NCBI GenBank assembly: GCA_050084985.1
Contig: JBITNC010000001.1
Location: 157,418,001-157,482,000, forward strand
Direction of reading: 5' to 3'
Length of the DNA: 64,000 bases
DNA from: Nageia nagi
Lineage: Eukaryota > Plantae > Pinophyta
This document shows, piece after piece, positions 14,001 through 28,184 of this stretch. The translations under genes were made by a program, and so were the position numbers. The notes under the pieces were generated by a model that had not been told where the DNA came from, made no database searches, and was given only the letters and a program-made list of their open reading frames with translations. Within the stretch, counting starts at the first letter, position 1. Each line of letters begins with the position of its first letter.

Positions 14001-17000
14001 AGCAAAGAAATACCTCACCTTGAAGGTAATTGGGCAAGCAGGTAGGAAAGAGGTAATGGTGTTGATAGAAACAAGTGCTAATCATAATTTTATTGATGAA
14101 GGCTTTGTAAGTGAGAAAGGCCTCAAAATCAAGGGGTTCGAAGGATTTAGAGTTTCCAATGCCAATGGGAAACTCACTTTGGTGGATCAAATTGTGGAGA
14201 GATTTGGGGTGAGATTGCAGAGCTACACAGTTAGGGAGAATTTTTATGTGTATGCACTTGATGGTCATCCTCATATGATTTTGGGGGTGCAATGGCTGTT
14301 GGAATCGGGTGATATTCACACTAACTACAAGAACTTTACTATGAGTGTTGAGATTGATGGCAAGACTCATACCCTACAAGGAATCAAGGACGAATGCCCA
14401 CAAGTCACCAACAAGAGGTTGGAGGTGATTCGGCCGCACCATGAGGAAGAAGAAGAGCAAAATAATGCAATGTTGGGGTTGAGGGAGGTATGGCGTGAGA
14501 TAGTAAGTGTAGGAGCCTAGCACTTGACGTTGGAGACAAAGGAGGTTTGGCACCCAATGTTGGATAAAAAGGGAGCTTGGCACTCAACGTTGGGCATAAA
14601 CTAGGCTTGGCATCCGACGTTGAGCATGGGAGAAGCTTGGCATTCAATGCTAAGCATGGGAGAAGCTTGTCATCTGATAAGGAGCAAAGGCTCCACTATT
14701 TTGCACTAATACTTGCTTTTTTCCATGTTTTTGCAAGGATATGTTGTGGGACTCTTCCAAATATTCACTGCTGCAATTTGGTGTTTAACATGGATTAGTA
14801 TATCAGAATTTTTGCGTGCATTCTTGTGGATTCGTATATCAAAATTTTGGCATGCATTTTTGTACTTAATGTGGATTGCTCTTGATGAAAGAGATCTCAA
14901 AACAATATCAAAATTTTTGAATGCAACATCTAGGGGCCAAAGAGGCATATTGAGGGCTGACTTGGTTGAGGAAAAATGCATTTCAGATTTGCTATGCAAC
15001 TCCAACAAAAGGGCTGCATATTATTTTCATGTTCTAGAAATTCCAATGATTGTTACAAAAATTTCATGGGCTGAATTGTTGATAAAATACATTGAAGTTG
15101 CATTCCACCTCAAAAGGCTTCAGTTGATATTTGCATTTGTGCTAAAGGATGTTTGGAAGACAATTCTTTTTGGCATCCTACAATTGCTTGAGGGCAAGCA
15201 ATTCGAGAGGGGAGGCTTTGTAACATCCCCTTTGATTAAAAATAAATAAATTTGGAATCCTAGAGATTCCCTTTTGTAAATATTTTATTTATTTATCTAT
15301 TTGTTGTTAGTTACTTGGGATAGAAATATAATGGTCCATTGGACCCACATTGTGAGCCCATGTGGGACGTTTTCCGCCCAAGCTTAAGATGTGTTATTTT
15401 ACTAGTCATTTGTAACATCCCCTTTTTGTAAAAAATAATTAATTTTGGAATCCTAAGGATTCCCTTTTTGTAAATATTTATTTATTCATGTATTTATTGT
15501 TAGTTACTTGGGATAGAATTATAAAGGTCCATTGGACCCACTTTGTGAGCCCCATGAGGGACATTTTCCTCCCAAGCTAGGATGCATTATTTCTTTGTCA
15601 TTTAATGCACTTGGAGATCCTAAAGATGATTGTGGGAATCCCAAGGCCTATATAGCACCTAGATTATATTTGAGCATGAATAAACACCTATTTGCCCCAA
15701 CGTTGGATTTGGGAGCACTTGTACACATGCACCAGCCTTGGGGAGACTCCTAGAACCCCATGTTGGCCCATGATGACCCCTTTGCACCCACGCATGACTC
15801 CCAGACCCACGTGGCACCTTGTTCTCCCATGTTGGCATGCATGACACCTTGAACACCTACATTGGCATTCGTGGCACCTTGGACCCCCACATTGGCATTA
15901 ATGACCCCTAGGTGCCCACGTTGGGCATGCTTGACCCTTAGGCAACCATGTTGGAGATTTTGAGCCTCTAAGAGGCCAATGTTGAGATTGGAGAGGTTGG
16001 GGATGACTCCTAGGTGAGATCCAAATCTAGTGATGAGCTATATAAGGCTGAGGAGCCTCATTCCAGAGATAGACTTGATTTTATACAGAAACCCTTCTCT
16101 TTGGAGTTCTAAAGACTTGGCGGTGTCAAGCACCCTTGAGCGTAGCGCACAAGGAGAGTTCAGGAGGCATAGAACACCTTTTGTCTTACGGTTGAGGTGA
16201 TTGTTTGTGCGAGTGAGGCTGCCCTAACTTGAGGCGTCCACGAGTGGTCTACACCTTTGAATCCATCGAGTGGCATTTCGGAATCACATCCGTTCTCTTC
16301 ATCGGGAGCTAGCTTGTGAGGGAGCCCTTTGGTGAGGCATCCACAAAACTGGTAGGAGGTGATTGTTCTACAGCAGTTTCAAAGTCTATCTTAGTTCATT
16401 TTATGCCCTAGTTGGCTCCTTGGAGGCCAACGTTGATTGGTATTGTACTCATTCATTCATCATTAATTGATGTTGTGGCATACTTAGATCTCATTTCTTG
16501 TCTCCATTTTTGATATTCATGCCTCCATATTTTCAATGTTGAGCTATATTTGTATGTATGTGCTTGTATGGTGGATTGTTGGCATTCTTAGATGTATATT
16601 GCATAGTGTATGAGTCCCCAAGTGTGACGTTGGCATATAAGGGTTGAATCTATCTAGATAGGTGCATCGTTTGGCTTCCTGGCTAGTTATTTTGCATGTT
16701 TGATGCCCTAGTGTAGTTTGTGGCATGTCTAGGAGCATTGTATGATTTTGTTTTGGCATTTGCTTGGCTAATTTGTGCATTGGAATATTTGGGAATATTA
16801 CATCATTCATGCACTTGGAGATCCTAAAATGATTTTCGAAATCCCTAGCCTCATGTAACATCCAAAATAACATAATGCACACCTAGAACCCAACGATGGG
16901 TTTGAGCACTTGTGCCAACCTTGGGGAGGCTTCTAGACCCCCAGGTTGGCCCATGATGACACTCCTAGACCTATGTTGGCATGTGTGGCACCTTGGAACC

Positions 17001-20000
17001 CATGTTGGCATGTATGACCCCTAGGCACCCATGTTGGAGATCTTGGGCTTCCATAAGGTTAACGTTGAGATTGGGGATGACTCCTAGGTGTTATATAAAG
17101 TAAAGGAACCTCATTGCAGAGAAAGATTTGATTTGATATTGAAACCCCCTTTTACTATTCAAGACTTGGTGACATCAAGCACCCTTGGGTGTGTAGACCA
17201 AGGAGAGTCCAAGAGTCTTGGATCACTTTCTGACTAGCGGTTGAGGTGAGTGTTCGTGCTATGAGGTTGCCCTACCTTGAGGGGCCCACGAGCAATCTGC
17301 ACCTTTGAATCCATTCGGTGGCATTTCGGAACTAAATTCGATCTCTTCGTCGAGAGCTAGCCAGTGAGGGAGCCCTTCAATGTGGCATCCACATATTTGA
17401 TAGTGTGGTTGTTCTATAGTGGTTTTGGAAGCAATATCCATCTTTGCACAATAGTGTGCCCTAGTTGGCTCCTTGGAGGCCAACGTTGAGCCCTCTTGGG
17501 CCTGGTATTGTATCAATCTTAGCATTTATAATTAATACAGCCATGGCACATTGGATCTTCATTATTTGTCTGACATTGTGATGCGTTTGATATGTCCATG
17601 CTTCCTTGTATGCAACTTTGAGCAGTTTTAGTGTGATTGTGCTAGGGGAGTGAGTTGTTTGCATTTTTGACTCATTGTTGTGAATGTTTAATGCCCTAGA
17701 TCACTTCGTGGCATGTCTAGGAGCATAATTTGACATTTATTCCATATTTGCTTGGCTAATTTCCACATTGAGTATAATTTGGGATTTTACATATCTTGAA
17801 TACTTGGTTTCGCAAATACTCAATCTTTATGTTGTACGCCCTTGTCACTTCTTGTAGCTCATAAAGAGTTTTCTTCACTATGCGCACCAAATGTTCCTTC
17901 CCTAGAACCTCAATTCCGTTTTTGGTTCGTACATACAAACTTCTTCCTAAAGGTTTCCATTCAGGAATGCAATCTTTACATCCACCTGGTGCACTTCTGA
18001 CCAAACCATTTTGCCATGGCTAGAACTAGTCAGATTGTCTTCTTTTTTGCAATAGGAGCAAATGTCTCCTCATAATCAATTCCTTTTTCTATGCAAAGGG
18101 TTTTGATTGCTTTGTACTTGTCAAATGTCTCATTTGCCTTGTATTTGACTTTGTAGACCCATTTGCAACCAATAGGTTTCTTTCTTGGAGGTAATTATGG
18201 AAGATCCCAAGTATTACTCTTCATCGAAGTCTAATGTTCAGCTTGCATTGCCTTTTCCCATTTTGGGCTTTCTTTGGCCTCTTCATAATTGTAAACTATG
18301 TTATTAAATTTGGTGAATGTCATACAATTAATTCAAAATTCATCGGTTTTCTTCCATGGATGATTTTAATCTATTATATTTGCCATTAAATTTGCCCTAA
18401 AAATGATTAATTTTTGTTTGTTTTTTTAATCTTTGAAATTGAATTAAATTACTTGAAACGTGGGTTACACGTCCATCGCCCTGGGGTTTCATCTCTATCC
18501 CTTGGTGTCCCTGAACCGAAGAAATGACAAGGAAGAGGTCTCCTTGCCATCCCCATTTGGGGTTGCATGACCTATGTCATCCTAAGCAAAGCGGTATTGT
18601 GCCAATTGGATTTTTGAACTATTGGATATCTGCAACATCGTTTTCAACTGTGTGACAAACTCAACAAGAATGATAGGTAAACCAACGTTAATGGCAATCT
18701 AATACTGCGATAGAAGAGCTCTATTTGTACATGGGGATAAGATTGGTAGGTATATAGGCTGAAATGTCTTTGTCTTGTGTGTCAGTCATAGACAAGGTAG
18801 TCAAACTATCTATGCTTGTTCGATTTTTTTTCAACTCTTTCTAATAGACGAGATGGTTAAGGCAATTTTTTAAATAAATAAAATCTAATCTTTAATTTCA
18901 ATATTTAATATTTTAAATGTTTAAAATCGTTAATGTTTTAAATGTTAATATTTAAATGTCTAATATTTACTATTTTAAATGTCTTCATATTTAATATATC
19001 TATCATTTTATAATATTTTAACATGTATTTACGATCTTGAATTTTATGTCGAATTTTTTCCAAACTTCAAAGCATGTCGAATGTTTTTCGAACTTCAAAC
19101 TTGCCAAACACGAGCCTAGTAACTTAGGTCCCAAGGCTTAAATGAGTACTGAAGGTTAGCCATAAAAGCATAATACACTGTATCAGATGACTTACCTATT
19201 TTTGGTCTTCCTACCATCCCCACATAAGTGGTACACCACCATTTTGGTATCTTTTGTTTGTTTATTATGGAATCATGGTCATCATCTTATTAATATTTAT
19301 AGTGTGCAGTTCTGTCCAAATCAACATCATCATCTTGCCGATTTCCTTCGTTTGCAGCAGCTTCTCGGTTAGAAATTTCATGGGTTCCCCTCTTCAAATT
19401 GAGGTGTTACATGCACCATACCTGATTTCTAAGCCAATTTTTCCTTGTTTTCAACAACTTTCAGATCTGATTTCTACTCTGTCATTGCCTGACATAGCCT
19501 TATATTCTCATCCACTACCACATCATGACTATAACATATTTTGTTCGTGTCAACATCGACCAAGTTATAGGCTTTGTGATTATAACTGTAGCTTGTAAGC
19601 ATCATTTTTCTGTATTTGGCATCAAGTTTGGTCCATTTTTGTGTAGGAACCCATACAATACAACTGAATCAAAAACTGTAAGATGATTTATATTGGGTTT
19701 TCGTCTAGACCATGCTTCTTCTAGAGTCTTCTTGCGAACCGCTTCGGTTGGAGACCGATTGAGCAAGTACACTGATGTGTGAACTGCTTCTATCCAATTT
19801 TTATAAGGCATGGATTTGTTCTCTATCATGCATCTTGTCATCTCCATTATGATGTGGTTCTTCCTTCTACCACTCCATTTTGCTATGGAGTGCAGGATGT
19901 GTATTGTCTTTCAATACCCTCCTGAATGCAAAAAATCAAGAAAATCCTTAAGAGTAGAATTCTTCTCCATTGTCTGATCTGTGAAATACCTCACACCTGA

Positions 20001-23000
20001 AATTGATGCCATCTTCTTAGGCCTACAAACATCAACATGGATAAAATAAAGAACTTCTATAGCTTGTCATCCATGCCCTTTGTCAAAGGGATTTCTGTGC
20101 CGCTTTGCTGCTTGATATGCACCACAAACTTGCTGCTGATTTTGTATTTGTAGAAGTCCATTAACCAAACTTTCTTTAGTCTGAGAAGGAAGATAACACA
20201 AATTTAAATGTCCATACATTTGATGCCAAAGTGAACTGCAATGTAGACCACTCTTGGTCATCAAAGCTTATTCTTTAGCCTCCGCTGCATCTATCAATCT
20301 GAAAAGTACATGGTCTTCAATACCAAGAACATCTGTTTTCTTGCTGTTCTTATCAGTCATATAACACTTGTGATTGCTGAAAATCACATACAAGTGGGGC
20401 TGTTCCTCATAATATCACTAATTGAAAGTAGAGTTTTCTCCATACCAAGAACATAATAGACATTAAGGAAGAACAACTTTTTATGTCACAAGGGTATTTG
20501 AACATTCCTTTGTCTCCTATTTTGAATTCCTCTCCACCAGCAAAAGTCATAGAATCAGTAAAAGATTCATTAGCAGCATAATTAATGAACCAATCTTTCT
20601 TATTGGTAAGATGACAAGATGCATCGGAATCAATATACAGAGCAGATTGTCTACTTTATCCCTAGCCATAAAAACAAATAAAGCCTCCTCATCCTACAAC
20701 ATTGGCCTATTTGTTAGGCCCTTGGTTATTTTTCTAATTGGCCAACTATTTCCTGCAAAATTTGTTATGTTATAGTTTACCACAATAATAACATTTAGAA
20801 GATTTCTGATTACTTCATAGACTAAAAAAATGGTTTTTTGAAAATATAGTCCAGGGGCCAAATACATAAAAATGGCTAATAAACAGTCAAAGTATGGTGA
20901 ATACGACAAAAAATTGTAAATATGGAAAATTCGGCAAAAAAATAGATAAAGGACGGGAAAAAATTTTTAAATTCGAGAAGAATACATGATGCATTAAAAA
21001 TAAGAAAACATGCAATTGTTTTATATTTTTCTATAGAATATGCTTATCTAATTACCATAAATTATTAAATCATTCCCATAAACAACCATATCATCTACCA
21101 AAACATTCATAAATCATAACATCTATAATATTTATATGAAAATAATAGTCATGTACAAAATGTATGTCAGATCAAGATGTCTACTCATAAAATCATAAGT
21201 CATAACTATACTACTACTGTCTGATACACTCATAATGCCACTAAGTGCCAAGCGCCAACAATCTACAAATAATACTAAATAACTAAATAGAATGTCTCAT
21301 GAGTCATGACTCATCAATGTGTGCCGTTCGAGGCTCTAGCCCTTTTACTAATCAATCGACTACCACTACTAGTACTACCACCACCACCACGTGAGCCACT
21401 AATAGGTCTAGTAGGGGATTGAGAAGGTGCTCTCGTAGGGGTAGAAGCACTACGAGGAGGCAATCCTAAACTACTAGAACTGCCACCAACACTCTTGCAG
21501 TATTGAACATGTGGCTCATCATCCTCAAGCTCACTCTCAATGTCTCGGTAAACTTGTTGAGATCCAACACCATGATCAAACTCCACAATAGGAGGTAATG
21601 GATCAAAACGTTGATGCTCCTCTACCGCATGCTCCTCCTTCTCGCCCTCATCTGCAAGTTCATCTATCTCTTGCTTCATGTCAAGCCATTCTTCTTGAAA
21701 TGCTTCGTGTAACTTTTCTAGATCTGTCACTACACCCATTGAATGTGCATCATTATAAAAAAAGCAAGAAAAAAGTCAACATTTATAGGACCTATCAAAA
21801 GTTTTTAAATATCACATATAGGGGGTGGGAGTAGAATGAAGAAGTCAATCTAAATGAGGGATCAATGACAAACAAGTTAATGGGCTCATTCTCATCCTTC
21901 TTTTGTAGTTGCCTCACATACAATAGCAGGTTGACATAAATGTACACAATATCATTCAAGCGTTGTGTAGTCAACCTAATAACATAAAACAAATTTCGTC
22001 ATAATGAGAACTAAGAAATGTCCATTGAATTTTGAAAATTGAAATGATTCAAAATTGGAATGAATCAAATTGCTAATTTGTTGCACTTCTTGGAGTGAAT
22101 TTTTTCAAATGCACTCCAATTGCGCTTGCATCTTGAAGCGCTACATGTTTGACTAAGGATGCAAATGGCAAATTTTTGCAACTTAGGTGTTTCACCCCCA
22201 AAATTCATCCATCACAACTCTAAAAAATGAAGTAACGAAGAAAAATTAGAAAATATTAAATATTTAAAGGCCTAAATGTATAAACTTATAAATTTAAAAT
22301 TATAAATATAAAGTTAAAACTTAAAGTTTTAAACTAAAAAAAAATTGTAAATAATGAACATTGAACTTTTCTCACCTAGAGAGATCGTGAAACGTCCCTC
22401 TCTAGCAGACTGATAACCAAAAAGGCCTCTTGAGTGCTTGTATGACTCAAGCTCTTTGAAGATTTTGGATTGAGTGGTGGGATCCTGAACCATACCAGCT
22501 ATGCATTTTGTGAGCCCCAAGTTAGCATGAGAATCAGTCTTGTATTTAGAGTTTGGTGCAAAAAACAACATAGGGTTCAAGATGGCCCCTGCTCCATGAA
22601 TAGGATGATACAACATATTCCACCATCGTTCATCAATGAGAGCCCAAAACTCAATGTGCTTGTTACCAAACTCATTATCCTCATTAGGGTTGTTAATATA
22701 ATAATGCATTATGGCCTCCTTGGCCCTAGCCATGGCCTCATACAAATAGCCCATAGTGGGCCTATCACTATCAACCGAACAAAGGACTCGTACAAGTGGC
22801 GTAGTCATGCTACAAATCTCTTTGAGCATTGTCCAAAATTCATCCTTGGATATCAAAGAAGACATTGCTATGCCATCTGGCCTCATGCTCATGGAGGTAT
22901 CACTCCACTCTCTAGAAACTAACATTGATTGCAGCTCATGCATGTTCCTAAATATCGACTGAACATAGATGAAATTGGACGCAAAATGTGTAACTCCTGG

Positions 23001-26000
23001 GTGCAACAAGTCCCTACCGTTGGTGTACCTTCTCATCATGCTAAGAACGGTGGTTTTATTATAAATGTACCTGCTAAGATAAATCATAAGTATAAATTAT
23101 AAGCCTTTTAAGATAAGGAAAGTAAAGATAAGATAAGAAAAATGTACCTCGTGATTGTCCTTGTTTGATCAACCACTTTTTTCACCCAAGGTATTTTGCC
23201 TATGTCCTCCAAAAGAAGATCAATGCAATGACAAACACATGGAGTCCAGTACAAGGAGGGACAAATATTTGTAGGTTTGTTATCTGCTGAAACATAACTA
23301 GAAGTGTTGTCCGTGACCACCTAGATAATGTACTCTGCCCCCACCTCCTTCACAAACTAATCTAATAAGTCACATAACAAGTTTGCATCTTGTGCCCTAT
23401 CGGATGCATCTATGGATTTCTTCAATATTGTGCCATATTTGGAGTACACCAAAAAATTAATTAGGCTTCTATTCTTATTATCCGACCACCCATCAGTTAA
23501 CATGGTGCAGCTCGATATCTTCCAAGATTCTACAATGTCAGCCATTCTAAAAAAAATAAAATAAAACAACTAAATAAAAACATATTTAAAAAACTACAAG
23601 TAAAGTCTAAAAATATATTAAAAACAATTAATAATTAAAATTTAATACATACCTTTCGTGGACTTCCTACTTGAGATCCCTCATGAGAGGCCCTTACACA
23701 TACTCAAGCCCGACCACAACCATTGCATCCATTGTTGGTTGCCAAAATACACTCCTCGTAATGTGGATCGGAACTCCTTCATAATAAATACTCTTCCTTC
23801 TTCTCCTTCTTCTTCAACATACTGATAATAGATGGTTGGGCTCTAGGAGTTATCCGTGGTTGAAAGTAGGAGTGGATTCCAACCCTTCCACTTTCACTTC
23901 TAGTATGTTTACTTTCACTTGCACCTACACTTGGACTTGAAAAAGTTGCACTTGCAACAGAAGGGCTCATCCCTACTAGTTCCATTCGAAATGCTTGTCT
24001 TCTTTCTCTTTTATATACAATAGAATCCAAGGCTCTAATTGCATCCAAGGCAAGATCTAGACCATCATTTGGGCAACTCTCCACATTTGTCCTTGGTCTT
24101 CCAGAAAGATGCCCTTTGAACCTTGTATTTGTTCCTTGGATAGGCTTGTTACAAAGATTACCCTTGAAATAATTTGAACTCCTTGCAACACCCTCCAATG
24201 GAGTCACATACTGCTAGAATATGTCCAACTCCTTAAGGCATTTTGCAAGTGAAGAAATAAAGCTTCCAAATTCAATAATACCTCCTCTTTCTCCCAAGCC
24301 TGCAAGAAACAAATGAGCCAAAACCCCTTTTTTTGCCTTAAAACCACTTTTTTGAAGTGCAACCCACTCCTAGCCACATCCTACGTACTCGTAGCGTATT
24401 GGTCGTTTTTATGATATTTTCTGCCGTTTAAATGCATTTTTAGCATTTTTTCCCCTCTTTGGTGTCTTTCATGTGTTCTACCTTTGTGAGCCCACGTACT
24501 TTGGCCATATTTAGCATTTTTTCCGAGTTTAAACATTTTTTTTCACCTAAAAAATGACGGGTATGACAGGGACGGGGTTAAGTTAAAAACCTCACATTTT
24601 TTGGTGTTTTCTGCATATTTTGGTCAAAAAACCATTTTTTTTTCATTTTATGAATTTTGAAAATTTTCTCTTTTTTGGGGCATTTTTTGCGTTTTTTTTG
24701 CCATTTAAACTGCCATTTTTTGCTATGAAAAAAATGACATTTTTGGCATTTTTTAAGGGAAAGTACAATTTTTTTAGAAAAACAGCAAAAACAGCTTTTT
24801 TTTATTCTATGAATTACCTCTGATATATTACTGCCCTTTTTGTTTCCATCATCAAACTTCATACCTTGCCTTTGATGTTGGCTGCCAAGACCATCTTTGA
24901 ACCCTCATTCTTAATTTCTTACTACTACTACCAAACTGTTTTTTCCACCTGTCTTATTCCAAAAGCCTAGGGCTCAAGTCATCAAATTTCAGGTTAGCAT
25001 TATTAGTAGTAATATGAAGGGTTTTGAACAAAATGCTCAAAGGGAACAGATAAACTCTTTCGAGTGATGATCATCATATCTTCTTCTTCCTTTGTTCACC
25101 CAATGGCTTTCAATCGTTCTCTCAAATCTTTAATCTTTAACAAATGGTCTTACAAAGAATTACTTTTATCCATTTTGGTTGAGAATAACAACGTTTCAAA
25201 GAAAGAGGCTATATCTTTATTAGAAGTTTCATGCAAAATTTTCAAACTGGTCCAAATCTTTGCAGCATTACCTGCAATTTGCACTTAGGAGTGTTTCATC
25301 AGTCATATAGAGCTTGATGAGTATCATGGCGTTTCATCAGTCGTATAGAGCTTGTTCTTTCCCCAAGGGTAGGTGATCCAAGAATCTGTACTGATAGATG
25401 GCGAACAGACTTTATTTCCAGGTATTATAGTTCTCTTCAGAAACCTTTTGGTTACCCTCTAACATACTGTTAGACAAACTACCCATTTTTAAATTAAATT
25501 TCAGTCTATCTGCTGCTGAAACATGGTTTTAACTGAAAAAAAACAATTGTATTCCTCGCTCAAGTACCAATTATTATTTTTTGCTGCAAAATCACTTTAG
25601 CAGTTGGTACGATTGCCTCCTTGCTTCACACATGTGACAACAAAATACTAATAAAAACAAATCGTAGCTTACCTAGATTGAAATATATATTGGTTTGTTT
25701 GTGTGTATTGAGAAGCAATTCCTTGGTCGTCAGTGATCAAACTAGCCATTTTTAAACGAAAATCTCAGTCTATCTGCTGCTGAAACATAGTTTTAATAGC
25801 AAAAAAACAAATGTATGCCTCCCTCAAGCAGTGATTAAGTTTTTTTTTTTTTTGCCGTAGGATAACTGTAGCAATATGTAGGATCATTGTAGCAATCGGT
25901 ACGATTGCCTCCTTGCTTGATACATGTGACAGCGAAACCCTAAAAAAAGACAAATCGTGAAAAACATTTTGGTTTCTTTGTGTATATTGAGAAGCAATTC

Positions 26001-28135
26001 CTTGGTTGTCACCAGTGAACATAGTCTATGGGCCTTCACCCTCTTCATATTCGACTTTCCCTCACCATGGCTTTGATACCATATGATGAAAACCGAACAC
26101 AGAAACCAAGAATGCTAAAGAGAAAATTCAAAAGGAGAAAATACTTAATTGATTTTTAAAATAAAGGGAGTAAACATCTTTTTATATGAATACAACATCA
26201 TAAGCCTAAAAACAAAACCCTAAAATAACTTCAGTGTACCTTAAGTTAGAGTATTACATTACCAAACTGACTTTTTTTTAAAATATTAAAAAGTACATAA
26301 AGTACCTATGACTATCTAAAACTACTAAATGACCATTATAATAATATGATGCTAACATAACATATTGCACTGACAATTGTGTTCCTGGTTTAATTTTAGA
26401 GAAAGGAAGAAATGAATTAAGAACCTGTTCTGTTAACCACTGGTGGACACCTGTCAGTTTGTACATTCGGCAAACATATGAGACAACGTTTTGTAGAGGT
26501 TTTAATTCCTTAAGGCTGCAATCAAGGCTATTACACTGACCTTTGTAAAGAAGATCTGGTGGGATGAGTAAACTCAAAACAGGGTTATATGAAATGGATC
26601 TTTAAAGGAATACTAAAAAGTTGAAACATCATGTTACCTTCTTTGAAAACACTTAGTTATGTTCCTGACTGGAAGTTTGTATGTGATTGTCCATCGGAAG
26701 ATAATTTTCATGTCTTGTCTTGAAATCTCCTGTGACTTGTTAAGAAAATTGTTTTTATTTGAAAAATATTCTTGGTACCTTTTCAAGATAATAATTGCAA
26801 ATATTTACTACCTAACAATTAGACAAATTTGGCTGAAGTTTTATGACCAGAGCTGTTTGGATTCTGCTCCATCAGAAAACAACATATACTGTGCAAAATA
26901 GCCGGCAAGTTATGCTGGAATGGGACTTCTCTGTATAACTCATCAATTTGCCAAATATGGTGTGGGCCTTCTAAGGCAGCATGCTTCTTACTAGTAGAGA
27001 ATGAACCTTAGAACTCCATTCCGACCAATTCAACTCTGAATCAAAATCAGGACTTAAAGCAAATGGTTAGGACTTGTTAAACTGCAGGTGATATTATGTT
27101 TGATCTCAACAAGGCATTGGCCTGCTACCGTTTATGGGAATTACTGATTGCTAATTGCAATTTTATCTTTTTTTCTCTCCAATGCTTTAGTTTTCTTATG
27201 GTTGGAGAAAGCTCTTGCAAAACAAAAGTAATGTTAAATGTTTGTTGGATTTGTAACTGTCTGATGTCGCATGTTTGTAGGATGCATTGGTGGTTGTGAT
27301 GAGGTCCTCGCAGAGCTGATCCAGATATGTGGAACTGGTGGGAGTGGTTCAGGTTGGTTAGTGATATACATATTCAAATAATGGGAGGATCATCAGATCA
27401 TTTATCGAAAGTTGACCAGGCTAAGCTAGTGACATTAAATATGTTACTAACAATATAATCCTTTCTTGCAGCAAGAGGGCGGCAACAGCCAGTGCAATCA
27501 TCTGCAAACTCTCGGCAGAACAATGCATGCTTGAATTGTGGACAAGTAGCTCATACTTCTAATGAATGTCCTTACTCTCAGCAACCTAGAGGCTTCCAAC
27601 TTGGTATCTATCTATCTATATATATATATATATATATAATGCAAATGTATGTCATTTTCTATACATGTATAAAATATTACATGATTATGAAACATCTCAG
27701 TGAGCTTTGCAAGCACTGTTTAGTAAAAACAGTTGTTTTCCTTTTCCACTGACCGGTAGGTCTGTACTTACCTTATTCTATTGGTCTTGTATCTAACGAG
27801 TTGACCTTTTATTTCTTATATAGATTGAAAATAAAGTAAAGAAGGCATTGGGGATGCTTTAACTTAATCTTCGAACTTGGAAATAAATTGATGCAGAGCA
27901 ATACCAGCCGTGTTGAGTTGCCTCGTTAACATTATTGTTTGATTTGGCTACAGGGTCAGGGACTCAGCAGAGCATACTTTGTGAAAGCTGTCAAATGCCT
28001 TGTGTTTTGCGAACTGCTAATACTGAAAGTAATAGGGGAAGACGATTCTTTTCTTGTCCATCTGGAAACTGCAATTTCTTCAAGTATATGACTCAAACCT
28101 CAAGTTAATTAGTATCCAGGATAGTTAATCTGTGT

Positions 28136-28184
<49 letters not shown>

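Larger units (their letters stand above)
11035..17791 (+). mobile_element. Non-autonomous Ty3/Gypsy LTR element (gag + aspartic protease only; TR-GAG-like), inserted in the Copia RT
   Basis: 5' LTR 11035-12289, PBS tggtattagagc 12291, PPT gagaggggagg ~15206, 3' LTR 15219-17791, perfect TSD tatct; gag (ARAWLHQLQTYF, EWWQHG, CFHYKKPWEPRHRC) and protease (VLIETSANHNFI, ILGVQWL); no RT/RH/IN motifs seen. Confidence 0.92.
9517..26375 (-). mobile_element. Old Ty1/Copia LTR retrotransposon (degenerate gag-PR-IN-RT-RH) in a TOP3A intron, host to nested insertions
   Basis: Diverged LTR pair ~9517-9786 and ~26082-26375; PBS tggtatcaaagcc (rc 26069-26081); PPT ttaagagagga (rc ~9787-9797); TSD-like attgc/attgt. 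Minus-strand motifs in Copia order: CYYCGK, LYIDSDASCHLT, LWHQMYGHLN, EAVHTSVYLLNRSPT, KPIGCKWVYKVKY, YVDDIII, SDTNWAGSMDDRKSTS, FHKRTKHV. Confidence 0.9.

Noticed and set aside
21314-24240. Possible domesticated hAT gene nested in the TOP3A intron
   Set aside because: TIRs and TSD are present and the coding region has stops and frameshifts, so it is a decayed transposon
24578-24862. Lys-rich and Phe-rich ORFs
   Set aside because: Poly-T subterminal region of the hAT element; low complexity
27357-27362. Alternative donor gttagt 4 nt downstream of the chosen donor
   Set aside because: Would shift the frame of the following CCHC exon; cannot be supported without transcripts
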